DNA from: Clostridia bacterium
GTDB lineage: Bacteria; Bacillota; Clostridia; Oscillospirales; SIG627
Length of the DNA: 29,085 nt
Assembly (NCBI GenBank): GCA_017408325.1
Contig: JAFQUW010000075.1
Location: forward strand, 1 to 29,085
Direction: 5' to 3'
Shown here: positions 26,329 to 29,085 of the stretch, one piece after another
Numbering within the stretch: the first letter of the stretch is position 1
Layout: every line of letters begins with the position of its first letter
The notes under the pieces: model-generated
The model's database searches: none
What the model was told of the DNA's origin: nothing
The model's input: the letters and a program-made list of their open reading frames with translations, nothing else
Program-made: the position numbers and the translations under genes

Positions 26329-26357
26329 ATTATAGCAATTTTTCGAAAAAAAAGCAA
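26329..26357 (-). promoter_or_regulatory. rsmI promoter
   Basis: Minus strand TTGCTT-17bp-TATAAT with an extended TG. Confidence 0.7.
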
Positions 26358-26452
26358 CCGCACGCCCATTTTTTCTCGCGGCGCATAAACGGGAGATTTT
26401 TGCATATTCTTTTTTCTGAAGCATTCTTTTTTGTTGGAGAGGAGTTGAGCCT

Positions 26453-27721
26453 ATGAATCCCTTTGAAGTCCCCGCGATGCCGCTGGAAAAAACGCTGATG
26501 AACTGGGGTGAGATCCGCCCCGTGAGCTACTCGAAAAAAGAGGTCGATCCCTACACGCGCTGCCGCGTGATTTTGATGAACGGGACGGAGTTTGAGCAGG
26601 TGTGGTTTACGCATCAGTTTTCCCGCAACAGTCCGGATCAGGACGAGCGACGTCTGCTCGCGCTCATCCGCCGAAGCGAGCAGGAGCAGCAGAAGCTTCT
26701 CGCACTCTTAAAGCCCTCGGACGAAACGATGCTGGAGCACACCATCGGCTACGAGCAGCTCGCCGTGGATCTGACGGCGCACCTCGCGTGCCGCGTGCCG
26801 GACGCTTCTGTGAAACGCGCGCTGGATTTCGCGCTTCTCGAGGACTTTGACCACCTGTACCGCTACGCGGACTATTTGGAGCTGGAGGGCGGCTGTCACG
26901 CGGAGGATCTCGTCGGTCGCTACACGGAGATCATGCCGGGACGCCCGACCGTCGCGCATTATCGCCACCCCTTTGATTCCGTGAAACGCCCCATCGACGC
27001 GCCGATCGCCGATCCCTTCACCCGCTTGACCGTCGGGATCATCACCGCCGCCGAGCAGCAGACGATGAACTATTATATGAACGTCGCCGCGACCTACCCG
27101 TCCGACTACGGTCGCGAGCTCTACCAGGAGATCGGGATGGTCGAGGAACAGCACGTCACCCATTACGGCGCTCTGCTGGATCCGAAGCTGACCTGGCTTG
27201 AAAATCTCGTGATGCACCAGTACACCGAGGCGTATCTGTACCACTCCTGTATGGAGACGGAGACCTGCGCGCCCTTAAAGTGCATCTGGGAGCGTCTGTT
27301 CTTGCAGGAGGTCAGTCACCTTGCCGCCGCAAGCGAACTGTTGAAGAAGAAGGAGGGGAAAGATCCCCTTGCCGTCGTCGGCGGCGACGGAAGCTTCCCC
27401 GCACCGCTCAAGCTTGAAAGCAACGTCGCCTACGTGCGCGAGGTGCTGGAGAAGAGCGTGCAGATGACCGCCTGCCGCGAGGAGTACGCCTGCGTCAACG
27501 ATCTGGATGACGGCGCGGATTTCTTCCGCTATCAGGCGATCACCACCCCCGATCTCTGCGATCTGCACAGTCACACCGTCATCGAGGAGCACATTCGCCG
27601 CTACGGTAAGGATTACCGCTTTGAGACCGCGCCGAATCCCATCGAGCCCCTGCGCTGTCGCACCGAGGACAACACCTGCGTCGGTCGCGTCAAAGGCGCC
27701 TTTTGCGCCTGCGAACTGTAA
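26453..27721 (+). CDS. Hypothetical protein with tandem ferritin-like (di-metal carboxylate) bundles
   Basis: Helix pairs carrying E...ExxH-like ligands: YEQLA...EDFDH, AEQQT...EEQH, TEAYLY...EVSH. GAGGAG RBS. Confidence 0.7.
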   Translation: MNPFEVPAMPLEKTLMNWGEIRPVSYSKKEVDPYTRCRVILMNGTEFEQVWFTHQFSRNSPDQDERRLLALIRRSEQEQQKLLALLKPSDETMLEHTIGYEQLAVDLTAHLACRVPDASVKRALDFALLEDFDHLYRYADYLELEGGCHAEDLVGRYTEIMPGRPTVAHYRHPFDSVKRPIDAPIADPFTRLTVGIITAAEQQTMNYYMNVAATYPSDYGRELYQEIGMVEEQHVTHYGALLDPKLTWLENLVMHQYTEAYLYHSCMETETCAPLKCIWERLFLQEVSHLAAASELLKKKEGKDPLAVVGGDGSFPAPLKLESNVAYVREVLEKSVQMTACREEYACVNDLDDGADFFRYQAITTPDLCDLHSHTVIEEHIRRYGKDYRFETAPNPIEPLRCRTEDNTCVGRVKGAFCACEL

Positions 27722-27736
27722 ACCCGTTTGACAGAC

Positions 27737-27767
27737 AAAAAGAGCCTTCCGCTTCTGCGGAAGGCTC
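27737..27767. terminator. Terminator between convergent genes
   Basis: AAAAA-GAGCCTTCCGC-TTCT-GCGGAAGGCTC; the T tract is on the minus strand. Confidence 0.75.
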
Positions 27768-27776
27768 GGTTTGGTT

Positions 27777-28556
27777 TTAAAGTGCAAGAAAACCGAGGTC
27801 GCTTATTGTCGTTCCGGTGCCGCTTTTTAAGAGTGCTGCTTTAAGCCCGCTTGTCAACTCTTTCAAAGAACTTTTCGAGGAGATAAGGGCTATGCCGTTT
27901 GGATGCTTGATGGGATTTCCGGAGAGATCGCGACCGCCGGAGGAGGATTCCTCCCACTTGACCTCGTCACCGATTTTGTAGGTGGAGATATTCCACTCGG
28001 TTTTTCCTTCGTCGTTCATCTCGGCACCGAGGAGGGTGATTTTGCCGACTGCAGAAAGCGTTGCGGTCTTGGATTGCGGAGCGAGGATGGCAGTGTAGAT
28101 GATCGATACCATCGACGTCTGGCTTTCCTGAGTACTGTCGCAAACCACCTGAATGTTTTCGCCGCTTGAGGAGACGGTGATCGTATAAGGCGCGGTATTT
28201 AGAGTTTCGTTGATGGTGATCGAGCCGTTGTTCTTCAAATGAGAATGAAATTTTTTCCAGGAAAGCTCGGCGAGGTATTTTTCGCTTTCCTTGAAGTCAG
28301 CGAGGGATTCAAAGAGCTCTTGCGCTTCGTCGTATTCTTCATTCTGAATATGGATAATCGCTAATTCATAATTGCACTCCTTCACCATTGCGAGGCTGTC
28401 CTCGTAGTCGCCGAGTTCGGTGAAGAGTGCAAGCGCTTCCTCGTATTTGCCATTCTCGTAAAGGTCGACCGCTTTGGAGTAGTTCGAGCCGGAGCAGGAA
28501 AACAGGGAAAGGGTCGTTAAAAGACTGAGAGCGAAAAGTGTGATTTTTTTAATCAT
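27777..28556 (-). CDS. Lipoprotein with TPR-like helical repeats
   Basis: Lipobox LFSC (Cys21); YEEALALFTELGDYEDS and YDEAQELFESLADFKES repeats. GGAGG RBS. Confidence 0.75.
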   Translation of the reverse strand: MIKKITLFALSLLTTLSLFSCSGSNYSKAVDLYENGKYEEALALFTELGDYEDSLAMVKECNYELAIIHIQNEEYDEAQELFESLADFKESEKYLAELSWKKFHSHLKNNGSITINETLNTAPYTITVSSSGENIQVVCDSTQESQTSMVSIIYTAILAPQSKTATLSAVGKITLLGAEMNDEGKTEWNISTYKIGDEVKWEESSSGGRDLSGNPIKHPNGIALISSKSSLKELTSGLKAALLKSGTGTTISDLGFLAL

Positions 28557-28570
28557 AGGTGTTTCCTCCT

Positions 28571-29085
28571 TTATTCTGCAACGCCCACGGCTCTGTTTGG
28601 GTAATAGTAGAGGGAGAGGTCGCTGTAGGTTGTGGTGCTGACGCGTCCGTCGGAATAGGTATGTACGAGTTTTATCGGCGCGCCGTTATGGTTGTAGGTG
28701 TATTCCTTGACTTCGGTCTCGCCGTCATGGTCCGTGGTGGTCGCGGTTTGCAGACGGTTGCCTTTGTAGCGGTAGAGCGTGGTTGTGATTTCGTTTTCGT
28801 CGTTGATACTCTCGCGCTTGGTGCAAAGTTTATTCTCATTGTAGGAGTAGCGGATGGTCTCCTGAGAGAACGTCGTTCCGTCGCGGACCAAGTTCTTCTC
28901 GGCAAGCACGATCAACCCGTCGCTGTTGTGAGAATAGGCGATGGTCGTCACCCAAAGGGGGGTGGTGCTGATCTCCTTTTCGAGACGGTTTTCCTCGTCG
29001 TAGTAATATTCGTAGGTCGTGGTGATGTCGAGCAGTTTGTTGTGGTAGATCTTGCGCACGAGATTTTGGTTTTCGTCGTAGGTGT
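28571..29085 (-). CDS. C-terminal part of a YD/Rhs-like beta-repeat protein (starts outside the window)
   Basis: The frame stays open to the edge (TYDENQNLVRK...); repeats YYYDEENRL, YSYNENKL, YRYKGNRL, YTYNHNG. Confidence 0.65.
   Translation of the reverse strand, partial: TYDENQNLVRKIYHNKLLDITTTYEYYYDEENRLEKEISTTPLWVTTIAYSHNSDGLIVLAEKNLVRDGTTFSQETIRYSYNENKLCTKRESINDENEITTTLYRYKGNRLQTATTTDHDGETEVKEYTYNHNGAPIKLVHTYSDGRVSTTTYSDLSLYYYPNRAVGVAE

Overview
A GC-rich (about 60% by eye) chromosomal window, most likely from an anaerobic Clostridia-type Firmicute (inferred from sortase B, a dnaD/dnaI-like pair, short thiI plus desulfurase, and a dockerin). It is mostly housekeeping genes (rlmH, pyrB, tcdA, pth, dnaD/dnaC-like, metG, tatD, gap, thiI, iscS, dusB, tpiA, pgk, rsmI) mixed with many surface or secreted proteins. 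The most unusual part is a lower-GC cassette at about 9.19-11.2 kb. It holds a small XRE regulator, three copies of a 17-bp palindromic operator (two overlapping a sigma70-type promoter, one about 310 bp away), a 15 x 16-bp array with 48-bp higher-order structure between the operators, and an LRR-dockerin gene. It is bracketed by a 42-bp direct repeat and REP/BIME-like hairpins. Other oddities are PyrB fused to a PyrI-type zinc domain, a glycoside-hydrolase-like lipoprotein recalling methanogen surface proteins, two unrelated lipoproteins with a near-identical 5' end, a tandem ferritin-like protein and a triple hairpin beside an AT-rich orphan gene. No tRNA, rRNA, CRISPR array or transposase was seen. 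All family assignments come from motif recognition, not database searches.
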